Assembly (NCBI GenBank): GCA_039818205.1
Contig: JBCBUK010000008.1
Coordinates: 161,377-225,376, forward strand
Source: Verrucomicrobiota bacterium
GTDB taxonomy: Bacteria > Verrucomicrobiota > Verrucomicrobiia > Opitutales > Cerasicoccaceae
Direction: 5' to 3'
Length of the DNA: 64,000 nucleotides
Shown here: one piece after another, positions 1 to 11,625 of the stretch
Layout of the letters: every line of letters starts with the position of its first letter
Numbering within the stretch: the stretch's first letter is position 1
Program-made: the position numbers and the translations under genes
The notes under the pieces: model-generated
What the model was told of the DNA's origin: nothing
The model's input: only the letters and a program-made list of their open reading frames with translations
Database searches by the model: none

Positions 1-1
1 C

Positions 2-511
2 ATCCGCGAGACAACTCACCCCGGCGACCACAATCAAGCGATGATGGAACTTGGGGCAACCCTTTGCACCAAGGCAAACCCACAGTGTTTGCTTTGCCCG
101 GTTCAAGAGTACTGCACCGGCCTGAGCCAAGGCGACCCGGCTCGCTTGCCCAATTTGGCAAAGCGAAAAATAACCGCGGTAACGCTCGATCGCGCATTCA
201 TTGTCCACAATGGACGACTCCTGCTTCACCGAATTCCTGCTGATGCCAAACGCCTAGCTGGAATGTGTGAGATTCCGCCCGGCGAACAAATCAATCTCCG
301 GTTTCCGGCCGAACTCATCATCTCCCGTCGTCGCGGCATTGCTAACGAGCGCATTGAAGAACGGTTTTTCCGAATCGTTTTCAGCAAGGAGGTCGCAGCA
401 ATCATGGAAGAAGATGATACCCTTTTTCTGCATCCACTTGATCAGCTTGACCAGATCACACTGACTGGGCCACACCGTAAGTGGCTTCATGAGCTTTTAC
501 AGGAGATTTGA
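2..511 (+). CDS. mutY: A/G-specific adenine glycosylase, C-terminal part (5'-truncated by window)
   Basis: Frame is open from position 2. HNQAMMELGATLC-x6-CLLCP-x4-C is the FCL [4Fe-4S] motif, followed by a NUDIX-like C-terminal region. Confidence 0.9.
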   Translation: MRETTHPGDHNQAMMELGATLCTKANPQCLLCPVQEYCTGLSQGDPARLPNLAKRKITAVTLDRAFIVHNGRLLLHRIPADAKRLAGMCEIPPGEQINLRFPAELIISRRRGIANERIEERFFRIVFSKEVAAIMEEDDTLFLHPLDQLDQITLTGPHRKWLHELLQEI

Positions 512-606
512 TCCTCGGCAGTGCACCTGCCCAAGATTTGTCAAAGTCTCGTTGGCCAACCCCTTTAGTCTTTAAACACGGTCTCTTTCGCTATTTACCT
601 TAGGTC

Positions 607-1365
607 ATGGCACGACTCACAGACGTAGTTGATTTCTGCAACCAACGAACGCACATCGATCGCGTGAAAGATTTCCCACCGGCGCACAATGGGCTTCAGT
701 TTGAAAACCATGGCGACGTCAACAAGATCGGCGCAGCCGTCGATGCTGGCCTCGTTCCGTTCGAGCTCGCCGGGAAAGCGGGAGTCGACTTTTTGATCGT
801 CCACCATGGGATGTTTTGGAATCCAGTGAACTCCTTCACCGGAGCCTGGCGGAAGAAACTCCTAACTCTTTTTGCCAGCAACTTGGCCGTATACAGTTCG
901 CATCTACCCTTGGATTGCCATCCGCAGATCGGCAACAACGCAATTCTTGCCCGCAAACTCGGCATCAAGGTTGATGGTGGCTTCGTCAACTACGAGGGTA
1001 ACGATATCGCGGTCACCGGCCCATCACCCATTCGACACCGAGAAGAACTGCGAAATCGTCTCGCAGAACTTTTCCCGGAAACGCTTATTGCAATTGAAGA
1101 AGGCCCCGCACAGATCAAGCGCATCGGAATCCTCACCGGCAGCGGTCGCTCTGCGATTCCTGAACTAAGAGCTAATCATATTGATACGTTCATTACCGGT
1201 GAGCTCAAACAGGAGCATTTCAATATCGCCCAGGAAGAAGGCCTCAATATTTACCTTGGTGGTCACTATGCCACGGAAACGTTTGGCGTATGCGCGCTGG
1301 CCGAGGAAGTCGCCCACAAATTCCACTTGGAATGGGAGTTCATCGGCACCGATTGTCCACTCTAA
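607..1365 (+). CDS. Nif3-like dinuclear metal center hexameric protein
   Basis: NGLQ, IVHHGMFW, HLPLDCH-GNN and GHYATETFG motifs of the NIF3/YbgI family. Confidence 0.92.
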   Translation: MARLTDVVDFCNQRTHIDRVKDFPPAHNGLQFENHGDVNKIGAAVDAGLVPFELAGKAGVDFLIVHHGMFWNPVNSFTGAWRKKLLTLFASNLAVYSSHLPLDCHPQIGNNAILARKLGIKVDGGFVNYEGNDIAVTGPSPIRHREELRNRLAELFPETLIAIEEGPAQIKRIGILTGSGRSAIPELRANHIDTFITGELKQEHFNIAQEEGLNIYLGGHYATETFGVCALAEEVAHKFHLEWEFIGTDCPL

Positions 1366-1419
1366 GATGGCCTTAAAATATCGGCTTTCATTTTTCCCTC
1401 CGGTCAGTAGCCTAAAGCC

Positions 1420-1869
1420 ATGAAAATCGGAGTATTGAATGGCCCGAACCTCAATCGTTTGGGGAAAAGAGAGCCCAACATCTACGGGAACCAAACCTTA
1501 GCGGATCTCGAGGAATTGATCGAAGCCAAGGCCAAGGAGCTCCACATCTCGGTTGACTGCTTCCAGTCCAACCATGAGGGCGATCTCGTGGAAAAGATTC
1601 ATCATTGGACCGATGAAAAGTTTGACGGTTTTGTCCTTAACGGCGCTGCTTTCACCCACTATTCATACGCCTTGCGCGATGCAGTTGCCAGTAGTGGTTT
1701 GAGCGTCATTGAAGTCCACATCTCAAATATTTACGCCCGCGAAGAGTTTCGTCAAAAATCAGTTACCGCACCACTTTCCAAAGGCGTCATCACGGGATTG
1801 GGAACTAGCGGATATCTGTTTGCCCTTGAGTGGCTGGCTGAACACCCAAGTTCGCCGGACTTGGTCTAA
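1420..1869 (+). CDS. aroQ: type II 3-dehydroquinate dehydratase
   Basis: LNGPNLNRLGKREPNIYG, QSNHEG and EVHISNIYAREEFR signatures. Confidence 0.96.
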   Translation: MKIGVLNGPNLNRLGKREPNIYGNQTLADLEELIEAKAKELHISVDCFQSNHEGDLVEKIHHWTDEKFDGFVLNGAAFTHYSYALRDAVASSGLSVIEVHISNIYAREEFRQKSVTAPLSKGVITGLGTSGYLFALEWLAEHPSSPDLV

Positions 1870-2090
1870 GGGGTCACGTAAATTGGAGCATCCGGGTCTA
1901 CCCGATTGCGCTCGAATTCGCGAGATGCGGTGCGTACTCGTTCTTCCATCTCCTTCCGATGCTGATACTCGGGGCTCATTGGGTCGTTGCTGGGATAAGC
2001 CATACTTCCCAACGAACTCACCAGCAAGTGTTCGGTACACCCGACCGTCAAAAGTGCTAAGAGAATGGCATTGGCGAGCTTGAGTGGCAT
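1866..2090 (-). CDS. small putative lipoprotein
   Basis: 74 aa with hydrophobic signal and lipobox LTVG-C. Starts 7 nt after the pgpA stop on the same strand. Confidence 0.55.
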   Translation of the reverse strand: MPLKLANAILLALLTVGCTEHLLVSSLGSMAYPSNDPMSPEYQHRKEMEERVRTASREFERNRVDPDAPIYVTP

Positions 2091-2097
2091 ACTCCAA

Positions 2098-2625
2098 TTA
2101 GACGATCATTGGCCGAGCAATGGCAACGGCAATGTGCAGGCAAATACAGGTGGCAACGCCCGCAGCAATATCGTCGACAACCACTCCTAGCCCGCCCGGC
2201 ATCTTCTGCATACGCTTAATTCCAAGCGGCTTTAGGATGTCAAAGAATCGGAAAATCAGGAACCCAGCGAGCAAGATTGTCCACGACCATGAGCCGAATT
2301 CCTGAATAGCGCCCGCCAGTCCGATGAAGCACACGGGAAGCGCCACCAGCTCATCTAAAATGACCTCGCCGGGATCTCGTTTCCCTAGCCTCTTTTCAGC
2401 CTCACCGCAGACCGCGATTGCAAGGTAAATCCACATCACCAACAAAACCGCGTAGGCAATCGGTGGGAGCGCGAAAAACTGCAACAAATAGAACAGAACA
2501 CCAGCGACCGATCCATTCGTTCCGGGCGCTTTCCCCCAGTATCCAAGAGGACCCAGTGTGGCCAAGCCATTGATATAGGGACTAGAGAGCTTGGTCGTCC
2601 AGGTATGCCAACGATCAGGATTCAT
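2098..2625 (-). CDS. pgpA: phosphatidylglycerophosphatase A
   Basis: APGTxGS, DPGEVILDE, FRFFDILKP and GLGVVVDDIAAG motifs. Confidence 0.93.
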   Translation of the reverse strand: MNPDRWHTWTTKLSSPYINGLATLGPLGYWGKAPGTNGSVAGVLFYLLQFFALPPIAYAVLLVMWIYLAIAVCGEAEKRLGKRDPGEVILDELVALPVCFIGLAGAIQEFGSWSWTILLAGFLIFRFFDILKPLGIKRMQKMPGGLGVVVDDIAAGVATCICLHIAVAIARPMIV

Positions 2626-3235
2626 TCTGATCCTCGCTTGGCTTTGAATCCTCTTCGTCTTTCGGCGAAAAGAGAAACCAGTATTTTGTCATGTAAGTTG
2701 TGCCGGATTGCAGCGTCAAAATCGATGCAATCACGAACAGAACCATTCCAATTCCAAAGCAGCTCCTCATCATCGGTCCAACGTCACCGAAATCTTGCTT
2801 CAAAAGATAGGCCAACAGCAGAAATGCAGCGGCCAGAATCTGAAAAACCGTTTTCACCTTCCCGCCCTTTTCCGCCGCCAGCACAACTCCCTGACTGGCA
2901 GCCACCAGGCGTAATCCGGTGATCAAGAACTCGCGCCCAATAATAATAAGAATGAGAAACAGACTCCACCAGGGAAGGAATCCAGGGATTGCCAGGAGAA
3001 TCACAAACATTCCAACCATTAGAACCTTGTCCGCAAGCGCATCCATTAGTTTGCCGAAATCCGTGATCATATTGAATCGCCGGGCAACATAGCCATCGGC
3101 CCAATCGGTCAATGCGGCCACAAGAAAGAGCACAAACGCAAGGGTTGCCGCCCCTTGCAGCGGAACGAAAAGCAGTGCCGCAATCACAAAAAGGAAAGCG
3201 ATTCGCGACAGACTAAGAATATTCGGCAGGTTCAA
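2615..3235 (-). CDS. pgsA: CDP-diacylglycerol--glycerol-3-phosphate 3-phosphatidyltransferase
   Basis: MNLPNILSLSRI start and CDP-alcohol motif TDWADGYVARR...FGKLMDALADK. Overlaps pgpA. Confidence 0.94.
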   Translation of the reverse strand: MNLPNILSLSRIAFLFVIAALLFVPLQGAATLAFVLFLVAALTDWADGYVARRFNMITDFGKLMDALADKVLMVGMFVILLAIPGFLPWWSLFLILIIIGREFLITGLRLVAASQGVVLAAEKGGKVKTVFQILAAAFLLLAYLLKQDFGDVGPMMRSCFGIGMVLFVIASILTLQSGTTYMTKYWFLFSPKDEEDSKPSEDQNES

Positions 3236-3426
3236 AGCAGCGGGCGTTGAGTGTTTATCCAGAATTCCAAATTGCTAGCTGACAATAGCTCCGGGATTTC
3301 AACATCCATGAATCCGTTTGTGAAGCCCCAATGTGGAATCACCGTGATTTGCCGATTTATGGCTGCAAAATTCCGAAGGATGCTTTGCCCTTGATTCACC
3401 TCCGACTCCGTCCAAACTGCCTCCCC

Positions 3427-3915
3427 ATGCGACGCGCTATCTATCCAGGCACTTTCGATCCAATAACAAATGGGCATCTAGATGTCCTAGAGCGCGCATG
3501 CCATCTTTTTGACGAAGTTATCATCGCGGTTGCCCCCAACGATCCCAAAGCCCCTATTTTTACGAAAGAAGAGCGTGTCACCCTCGTTGAATCAGTTACC
3601 AGTGACATGCCCAGGGTTTCGGTAAAACACCTGAAAGGCCTTACGGTTGAGTTTGCCCGCAACAACGGAGCCGTCGCATTGGTGCGCGGCCTGCGCGCTA
3701 TTTCTGACTTTGAGTATGAATTCCAGATGGCGCAGATGAACCGGCACCTTGCGGATGACATCGAGACCATATTCCTGATGCCCAATCAGGAATATTTCTA
3801 TACGAGCTCAAACATCGTGAAACAGGTTGCGAATTTCGATGTTGAAAAGATTTCTGCCTTCGTTCCGGACATCGTTCTGCGAGCGATGATTGAAAAATAC
3901 AAGAAAGCGACCTAA
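3427..3915 (+). CDS. coaD: pantetheine-phosphate adenylyltransferase
   Basis: AIYPGTFDPITNGHLD and VRGLRAISDFEYE. Start moved to the ATG at 3427. Confidence 0.96.
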   Translation: MRRAIYPGTFDPITNGHLDVLERACHLFDEVIIAVAPNDPKAPIFTKEERVTLVESVTSDMPRVSVKHLKGLTVEFARNNGAVALVRGLRAISDFEYEFQMAQMNRHLADDIETIFLMPNQEYFYTSSNIVKQVANFDVEKISAFVPDIVLRAMIEKYKKAT

Positions 3916-3923
3916 GTCACCCC

Positions 3924-4421
3924 ATGCCGTTAATTGCGATACTCTGGGGACTCGGAGGCGTTTTCCTCCTGGTGGGGAGCGCTGTTTGGCGTCTCACTCC
4001 CTATGCCGTCGAAGCCATTCAGGATGGACTTACCATTCTTCAGTGGGCGATTACAGTCGTTTGGTGTGTGTTTATGTTGGTTGCGGAGGGCTATCGTGGT
4101 TTCCAGAAACAGTTTTCGCCCCGCGTGGTCGCTCGGTCCAAATATCTCTCACAAAATCCCGTGCTTTGGCATGTCGCCCTGGCGCCGGCGTTCTGTATGG
4201 GCTTTTTTCACGCTACCAAGAAGCGGAAGATCGTGACCTGGTGCGTCTTTACGGGAATCGTCACCCTAGTCCTGATTGTCCGACAATTGCCGCAACCGTG
4301 GCGTGGAATAATCGACCTAGGCGTCGTGCTCGGTCTCGCCTACGGCCTCATCTGGATCCTCATATTCGCAATTCGCTGCTATACCGGCGGCAAATTTGAC
4401 GTTGATCCCGAGGTAAAATAA
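3924..4421 (+). CDS. hypothetical multi-pass membrane protein
   Basis: 165 aa with several hydrophobic segments and an EGYRGFQKQFSPR motif. Lies 8 nt downstream of coaD. Confidence 0.75.
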   Translation: MPLIAILWGLGGVFLLVGSAVWRLTPYAVEAIQDGLTILQWAITVVWCVFMLVAEGYRGFQKQFSPRVVARSKYLSQNPVLWHVALAPAFCMGFFHATKKRKIVTWCVFTGIVTLVLIVRQLPQPWRGIIDLGVVLGLAYGLIWILIFAIRCYTGGKFDVDPEVK

Positions 4422-4498
4422 AAATTTCGACGCTTCTTGGGCGCGTCACGGCTTTTTTCCTTTAATAATGGTCAAAGTTTTGTTCCTCTCGCCGCCCT

Positions 4499-5716
4499 AT
4501 GCGCATTCGACCATTCCAAGGACTCCGACCCAAGCCTGATCACGCCGCTACGGTAGCTTCGCTGCCTTACGACGTTGTCAATCGTGCCGAAGCCAAAGAG
4601 CTGGCCGCTGGCAACCGCAACTCCTTCCTGCGGGTGGTGCGGGCAGAGATTGACCTGCCGGAATCGGTCGATGCGTACGACGCCTCCGTCTATGAACAGG
4701 CGAAGAAGAATCTGCAGGAGCTCCAAGATCGCGACGTCATTGAGCGCGAAGGCGAACCGACTATCTATGTTTACCAGCAGCGCATGGGTGACCACGTCCA
4801 GCGCGGTATTGTTGCCGTTTGTAACATCGAGGACTACGAAAATGACCTGATCAAGAAGCACGAGAAAACCCGTCAGGCCAAGGAAGACGACCGCACCCGC
4901 TTGAATGGTGTGCTCCGCGCCCACCCAGGCCCGGTATTCCTAACTTATAAGGACGAGGCGGCGATCAATCAGATCGTGGACGAAACCGTCAAATCCGAGC
5001 CATTTATCGATTTTGTCGCACCCGACGAGGTTGGCCACACGGTTTGGAAGATCAGCGGCAATGAAGCCCTCGTCGAGGCTTTCAAGGCAGTCGATGTATT
5101 TTATGTGGCCGACGGCCATCACCGTTCAGCAAGTGCTGCCCGCGTGGGCAAGGAACTGCGCGAAGCCAACCCCAGTCACACGGGAGACGAAGGCTACAAC
5201 TGGTTCCTGAACGTGCTCTTCCCGGCATCTGAGCTGAAAGTTCTGCCCTACAACCGTCTCGTCTACACACTTAACGGTCAATCGAAAGAAGCGTTCCTCG
5301 AGGCCTTGAATAAAGTGGTCACCGTGACCGAAGGCGCCGAGCCGTCCCCAGATGCAGTCGGCAAGCTGTCGATGTATCTCGATGGCAAATGGTATGGCAT
5401 GGACTTGAGTGGCCTGCCTGCAAACGACCCGATTTCAAAGCTAGACGTATCGAAACTCCAAGACCACATCTTGGCACCGCTTTTGGGCATCGCTGATCCT
5501 CGCACCAGCGACGACATCGAGTTCATCGGTGGCATTCGCGGAACCGAGGAATTGGAGAAGCGCGTGAACAATGGCGACGGCGCCGTAGCCTTCTCGATGT
5601 ATCCTGTCACCGTCGAGCAGCTCATGGAGATTGCGGACGCTGGCCAAATCATGCCGCCCAAGAGCACCTGGTTTGAGCCAAAGCTACGCAGCGGGCTGTT
5701 CGTCAACACTTTCTAG
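4499..5716 (+). CDS. DUF1015 family protein
   Basis: IRPFQGLRP, SLPYDVV, KKHEKT, YVADGHHRSASA and MPPKSTWFEPKLRSGL motifs. Confidence 0.93.
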   Translation: MRIRPFQGLRPKPDHAATVASLPYDVVNRAEAKELAAGNRNSFLRVVRAEIDLPESVDAYDASVYEQAKKNLQELQDRDVIEREGEPTIYVYQQRMGDHVQRGIVAVCNIEDYENDLIKKHEKTRQAKEDDRTRLNGVLRAHPGPVFLTYKDEAAINQIVDETVKSEPFIDFVAPDEVGHTVWKISGNEALVEAFKAVDVFYVADGHHRSASAARVGKELREANPSHTGDEGYNWFLNVLFPASELKVLPYNRLVYTLNGQSKEAFLEALNKVVTVTEGAEPSPDAVGKLSMYLDGKWYGMDLSGLPANDPISKLDVSKLQDHILAPLLGIADPRTSDDIEFIGGIRGTEELEKRVNNGDGAVAFSMYPVTVEQLMEIADAGQIMPPKSTWFEPKLRSGLFVNTF

Positions 5717-5735
5717 TTCACTTCAATTTTTCGCT

Positions 5736-5768
5736 GACCGCCCTTCCGTATCGGTTGGGCGGTTTTTT
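5736..5768 (+). terminator. intrinsic terminator after the DUF1015 gene
   Basis: Stem GACCGCCC/GGGCGGTT followed by a T run, between convergent genes. Confidence 0.7.
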
Positions 5769-6606
5769 AATGAAAAAGATGGTAGAAGTTCGTTCGTCCC
5801 CAGATGAGGATCGCGCTCGATAGAAATCCGATCACCAGGAGTGCAATGTAGCAGCCGAAATAGACGCGCTCGGACGCCATCTGGTAAAAATGCTTGCCGC
5901 ACCAACTGCCAACCAGCGTCAGCGGAAATAATAGTAAGGCAGCCCCGGCGTTTCCTAAGTGAAGCAGGCCAAGGATTAAGAACGGCACGACCTTAATCGT
6001 ATTCTGAACTGTCAGAAAGGCATTCTGGGCGGCAACGAAACGCTCCTTGGTGATTCCGTGCCGGATGAAGTAGACTGTCAATAGCGGGGTGCCCGAGTTA
6101 GCCACCGTCTGGCTTATCGCGAGCAAACAACCGAAGGTGAATACGCCTTTGGAACTTGGTGGTCCAGATCCGCCTCCGAGCTTCACTATCTTGTCGCGAA
6201 AGCTAACGAGGACCACATAAAGCAACGAGAGTCCGGCAACGACGAATTCGAGCCGCCGGTGAACGATCGACATCTCGCCGGATGAGATGATCATCCAAAG
6301 CACTAAGCCACCCAGGATTGTTCCAAAAAACGCCGCAGGAATGAGTGGATTCAACCACTGGCGTTCGAGCGCCTTTCGATGCTGCCAGCAGCCGATCGCG
6401 CCGGCAGGGATCATAATCACTGCGATAATTGCCAATCCATCATCCGCTCCGACGGCTAAGACTGTCAACGGAGACACAACGAAACCGCCCGCGCCGAGGC
6501 CACTGCGAGAAAATCCCATCAGCCAAGCTGCGAAGATCACCAAGGCCGTGCTAAACCAAGGTATTGGCTCTTCGGTAAATGGCGCGATCAGGGACTCCCA
6601 AGACAC
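5767..6606 (-). CDS. sulfite exporter TauE/SafE family protein
   Basis: About 8 TM segments, GFSRSGLGAGG N-terminal motif and ANSGTPLLTVY in the second repeat. Confidence 0.8.
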   Translation of the reverse strand: MSWESLIAPFTEEPIPWFSTALVIFAAWLMGFSRSGLGAGGFVVSPLTVLAVGADDGLAIIAVIMIPAGAIGCWQHRKALERQWLNPLIPAAFFGTILGGLVLWMIISSGEMSIVHRRLEFVVAGLSLLYVVLVSFRDKIVKLGGGSGPPSSKGVFTFGCLLAISQTVANSGTPLLTVYFIRHGITKERFVAAQNAFLTVQNTIKVVPFLILGLLHLGNAGAALLLFPLTLVGSWCGKHFYQMASERVYFGCYIALLVIGFLSSAILIWGRTNFYHLFH

Positions 6607-6690
6607 TGGAGGAATCTAAGCTCGCCAGGTGAGTTGAGTCACGCTGAAAGGTGACGCATTCCGCTTTCAACACCTCAGCCAAACCCCGAA

Positions 6691-6718
6691 ATAAAAACGG
6701 GGCTCATGAAGAGCCCCG
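6691..6718 (-). terminator. intrinsic terminator after thiC
   Basis: Perfect stem CGGGGCTC/GAGCCCCG with a 5-nt loop, followed on the minus strand by TTTTTAT. Confidence 0.8.
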
Positions 6719-6729
6719 CGGAAAATCGT

Positions 6730-8730
<2,001 letters not shown>

Positions 8731-8743
8731 CTAATGGTTTCCA

Positions 8744-8838
8744 TGTTTCCCTTCGTCGGCATTACCCGAATCAGGTTCGAAGGGTTCAACGAGCGGACGC
8801 ATCGTCATCTCAGCCCTACGCGCAGGGCACCCCAAACT
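8744..8838 (-). ncRNA. TPP riboswitch (THI element)
   Basis: Minus strand reads GGGGTG...GGGCTGAGA...ACCCTTCGAACCTGATTCGGGTAATGCCGACGAAGGGA, the canonical aptamer core, upstream of thiC. Confidence 0.95.
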
Positions 8839-9058
8839 ACGGAAAAAACGGTAACCGGACCTATCCCGGTTGCAACGGAAAAATCGTGCCTACGAGGGCA
8901 TCAGCGACAAAAGAACAATCGCGGCAATGACCAAAAAAATTGCCTGCACAATCGGTGGAGCGAAATTATCCCTCTTTTTTGACTGGTTTTGCATTAATGA
9001 GTTAATCGGACTACTCGTTTGCCTCTTAAGGTCCTAACTGTAGGTTCTTCGATGTAAT

Positions 9059-9505
9059 ATGGCAGGAAATCCATTGATAATCCATTCTCGAATCGTTGAG
9101 TTTTCCGAAACTGATCGAGCCGGAATCGTTCACTTTTCGAATTTCTTCAAGTGGATGGAATCCGCTGAAGCTCAGTGGTTTAGATCAGTTGGAGTGCCGC
9201 TCATTGAAACCACTGACGGCGTCACTCGCGGCTGGCCACGGGTTCGGGTGAAGGCCGATTTCCACGAACCGGTGCTCTTCGACGACAAAGTCGAGACCCA
9301 TTTAACCATCAAAGAGGTCCGGATTCGCGCGATTGTTTACGGTTTTCGATTCTATAAAATTGTCGAGGACTCAAAGGTGCACGTCGCAACCGGGAGCATG
9401 ACCACCGTTTTTGCCCACCGGGTCGACCAAACCGGTGAAATGCAATCAGCGGCGATACCCGATTTACTGCTTAAAGCTGCCGAAGCGGCTTCGGCCGATG
9501 GCTAA
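9059..9505 (+). CDS. acyl-CoA thioesterase (hotdog, YbgC/4HBT family)
   Basis: VEFSETDRAGIVHFSNFFKWMESAE motif. Confidence 0.88.
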   Translation: MAGNPLIIHSRIVEFSETDRAGIVHFSNFFKWMESAEAQWFRSVGVPLIETTDGVTRGWPRVRVKADFHEPVLFDDKVETHLTIKEVRIRAIVYGFRFYKIVEDSKVHVATGSMTTVFAHRVDQTGEMQSAAIPDLLLKAAEAASADG

Positions 9506-10905
9506 TACGCCGTTGGTGGCGGACGCAGGACGATTAAAATGGTCCGGAAAACGATAATGACATCGAGCCAAATGGACCATTCGCCAATATACTCCAAGTC
9601 GTAGTTTACCCGTTGGGTGAGGCGCTCGCGATCGGTTATCTCTCCGCGGAATCCGTTTACCTGAGCTAATCCTGTCATTCCCGGCTTAACAAAATGTCGG
9701 TGGGGATAGATACGCACTTCTTTTCCGAACAGTTGATCATGCTCTGGAATATGCGGACGAGGCCCAACGAGACTCATTTCACCCTTCAGGACATTCCAAA
9801 ATTGCGGAAACTCATCGATGCTGGTCCGTCGAATAAAACCACCGAACTCGAATATCCGATCATCGTTTTCGGTCGCTTGCCGGGCTTCGTCGTCGTTGTG
9901 CACTCCCATGCTCCGGAACTTGAAGATCGTAAATACCGTCCGATTATAACCTCGACGGTCCTGGCGAAAAAATATTGGCCCCGGCGACTCCTTGCGCTGA
10001 TGGTGGCGGACCCAGAGGATCATGGGAGGCAGAATGAGCAGCACGACTGGCAGTGAGACTGCGATATCCAGAACGCGCTTCATCAATCGATTAACCGGAC
10101 TCTCAAGCGGTTCCTCACGCGGAACAAAGAAAGTGTGCGGCCCGTCTTTCACCGAGTTTAGCGGCGTGTCGAAATATTCTGCCCAGGGGTTGTAGATCAA
10201 GACCTGGCAGCCCTGCTCTTCCGCAACCTCCATAACCCCGCGGACCCAGTCCTTTGATTGCTTCGTTTCGAGCAAAACGATCTGGTTGATAAAATGGCTT
10301 CGCACGAGATCGGCCAAATTGCTAGCATCACCGAGATAATATTCCGGTTTTTCTTCGAACTTCTTCTTGTCTGGCGCAACCAAGCCGACCAAGTCCAAGC
10401 CAATGTTCTTTCGATCGACTATCCAGTCGGCCAACTTTTCATAACTAGTGGACGAGCCAATCACCATGCACCGACGAAGGTTGTCGCCGCGGAAAAAGAG
10501 TCGCGCAAAGACTCTTGGCATCGTGCTATTCAGGAAAAAGAGCAACCCGTAGCTCAAGAGTAGGTAAAAGCCGACAAAAACCCGCGAAATGCCTTTGTCT
10601 TTGGTGGCAAAGATAATTCCGAAGATCATCGTCAGCAGTGCCAACGACTGCAAATTGGTAACCTGAAAAACCTTCACGCTCTGCCGGTCGACAAGATTTC
10701 CGGTTAGTGCGCTGTAAAAATTGAAGTAGATCAAACCGCAGGCACTAATCCCCATCAGGTATAGTGGCATGTTGATCAACTGGTAGTCATAAAAACCCAG
10801 GATCTCACCGCCGACAAAGGCTTGCAGCCAGAATAATGATGGCAGCGCGGCGGTGACAATACAACCGTGTAAGGTGAGAAGCCCTTGGGAACGTCGATCA
10901 AGCAT
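9502..10905 (-). CDS. priming polyprenyl-phosphate sugar phosphotransferase (WcaJ/WbaP-like)
   Basis: N-terminal TMs, Rossmann-like middle domain, and C-terminal KRVLDI, FKFRSM, SIDEFPQFWNVLKGEMSLVGPRP, KPGMTGLAQVNG. Confidence 0.93.
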   Translation of the reverse strand: MLDRRSQGLLTLHGCIVTAALPSLFWLQAFVGGEILGFYDYQLINMPLYLMGISACGLIYFNFYSALTGNLVDRQSVKVFQVTNLQSLALLTMIFGIIFATKDKGISRVFVGFYLLLSYGLLFFLNSTMPRVFARLFFRGDNLRRCMVIGSSTSYEKLADWIVDRKNIGLDLVGLVAPDKKKFEEKPEYYLGDASNLADLVRSHFINQIVLLETKQSKDWVRGVMEVAEEQGCQVLIYNPWAEYFDTPLNSVKDGPHTFFVPREEPLESPVNRLMKRVLDIAVSLPVVLLILPPMILWVRHHQRKESPGPIFFRQDRRGYNRTVFTIFKFRSMGVHNDDEARQATENDDRIFEFGGFIRRTSIDEFPQFWNVLKGEMSLVGPRPHIPEHDQLFGKEVRIYPHRHFVKPGMTGLAQVNGFRGEITDRERLTQRVNYDLEYIGEWSIWLDVIIVFRTILIVLRPPPTAY

Positions 10906-11074
10906 GTGATTTGATCTCTATCGGCGATAAACGAATGATAGTTAGTGGCTAATAACTCATTTTCAAGTAGTCAGGTGCGATTTTTTACACTGAACCTAAA
11001 GAACCTACCCAAATCGTCCGTAAACCAGGGTCAAATAACCCTAACCGTAAAAAACAATACACCAATATCATTTA

Positions 11075-11092
11075 TTTCAAAAAATCTTGAAA
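11075..11092. promoter_or_regulatory. palindromic operator candidate TTTCAA-N6-TTGAAA
   Basis: Perfect 6-bp inverted repeat in the AT-rich divergent intergenic region, 36 nt upstream of the GbsR/MarR gene. Confidence 0.55.
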
Positions 11093-11128
11093 CTACGTTA
11101 ATTGGTTGGCATTGTTTGCGTTGTAGAT

Positions 11129-11623
11129 ATGTCTGGCTCAACTCCTAAGTCGGGATTAAGCGAACTCGAATCGGAGACCATCGCGATTTTTGTCCGAATC
11201 GTCCAGCTGGTTGGCCTACCCAAATCCCTTGGGCAGATTTACGGTCTCATCTACATCTGTCCGAAACCGGTATCGATGGAGGAACTCGTCGAGCGATTAG
11301 GAATCAGCATTGGTTCCGCGAGCCAGGGTTTGCGGCAGCTAAGAACCTTCAAAGCGATCAGCACGGTCTACGTGCCGGGAGAACGAAAAGACTACTACAC
11401 TCCGGAGACAGAATTCCGGAAATTGATCTCAAATTTCTTGGACGATCAGCTCCGGCCTCACCTGGAAACGGGCAATGGCGCCATTGAGCACTTAAATGCG
11501 CTTGCTGAGGCGTCGCCAGTGGAAGAGCGAGAGCACTATCGGAATCGAATTAACAAACTCAAACGATTACATAAAATTGCGGGAAACATTACTCCGGCGA
11601 TTTCTAAATTTGTGAATTTCTAA
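11129..11623 (+). CDS. GbsR/MarR family transcriptional regulator
   Basis: GLPKSLGQIYGLIY, wHTH (SMEELVERLGISIGSASQGLRQL) and PGERKDYY. Start placed at ATG 11129. Confidence 0.88.
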   Translation: MSGSTPKSGLSELESETIAIFVRIVQLVGLPKSLGQIYGLIYICPKPVSMEELVERLGISIGSASQGLRQLRTFKAISTVYVPGERKDYYTPETEFRKLISNFLDDQLRPHLETGNGAIEHLNALAEASPVEEREHYRNRINKLKRLHKIAGNITPAISKFVNF

Positions 11624-11625
11624 GC

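Noticed and set aside
3232..3477. 81-aa minus ORF and the upstream extension of coaD from 3331
   Set aside because: Covers the divergent pgsA/coaD promoter region and overlaps the coaD start. No family features.
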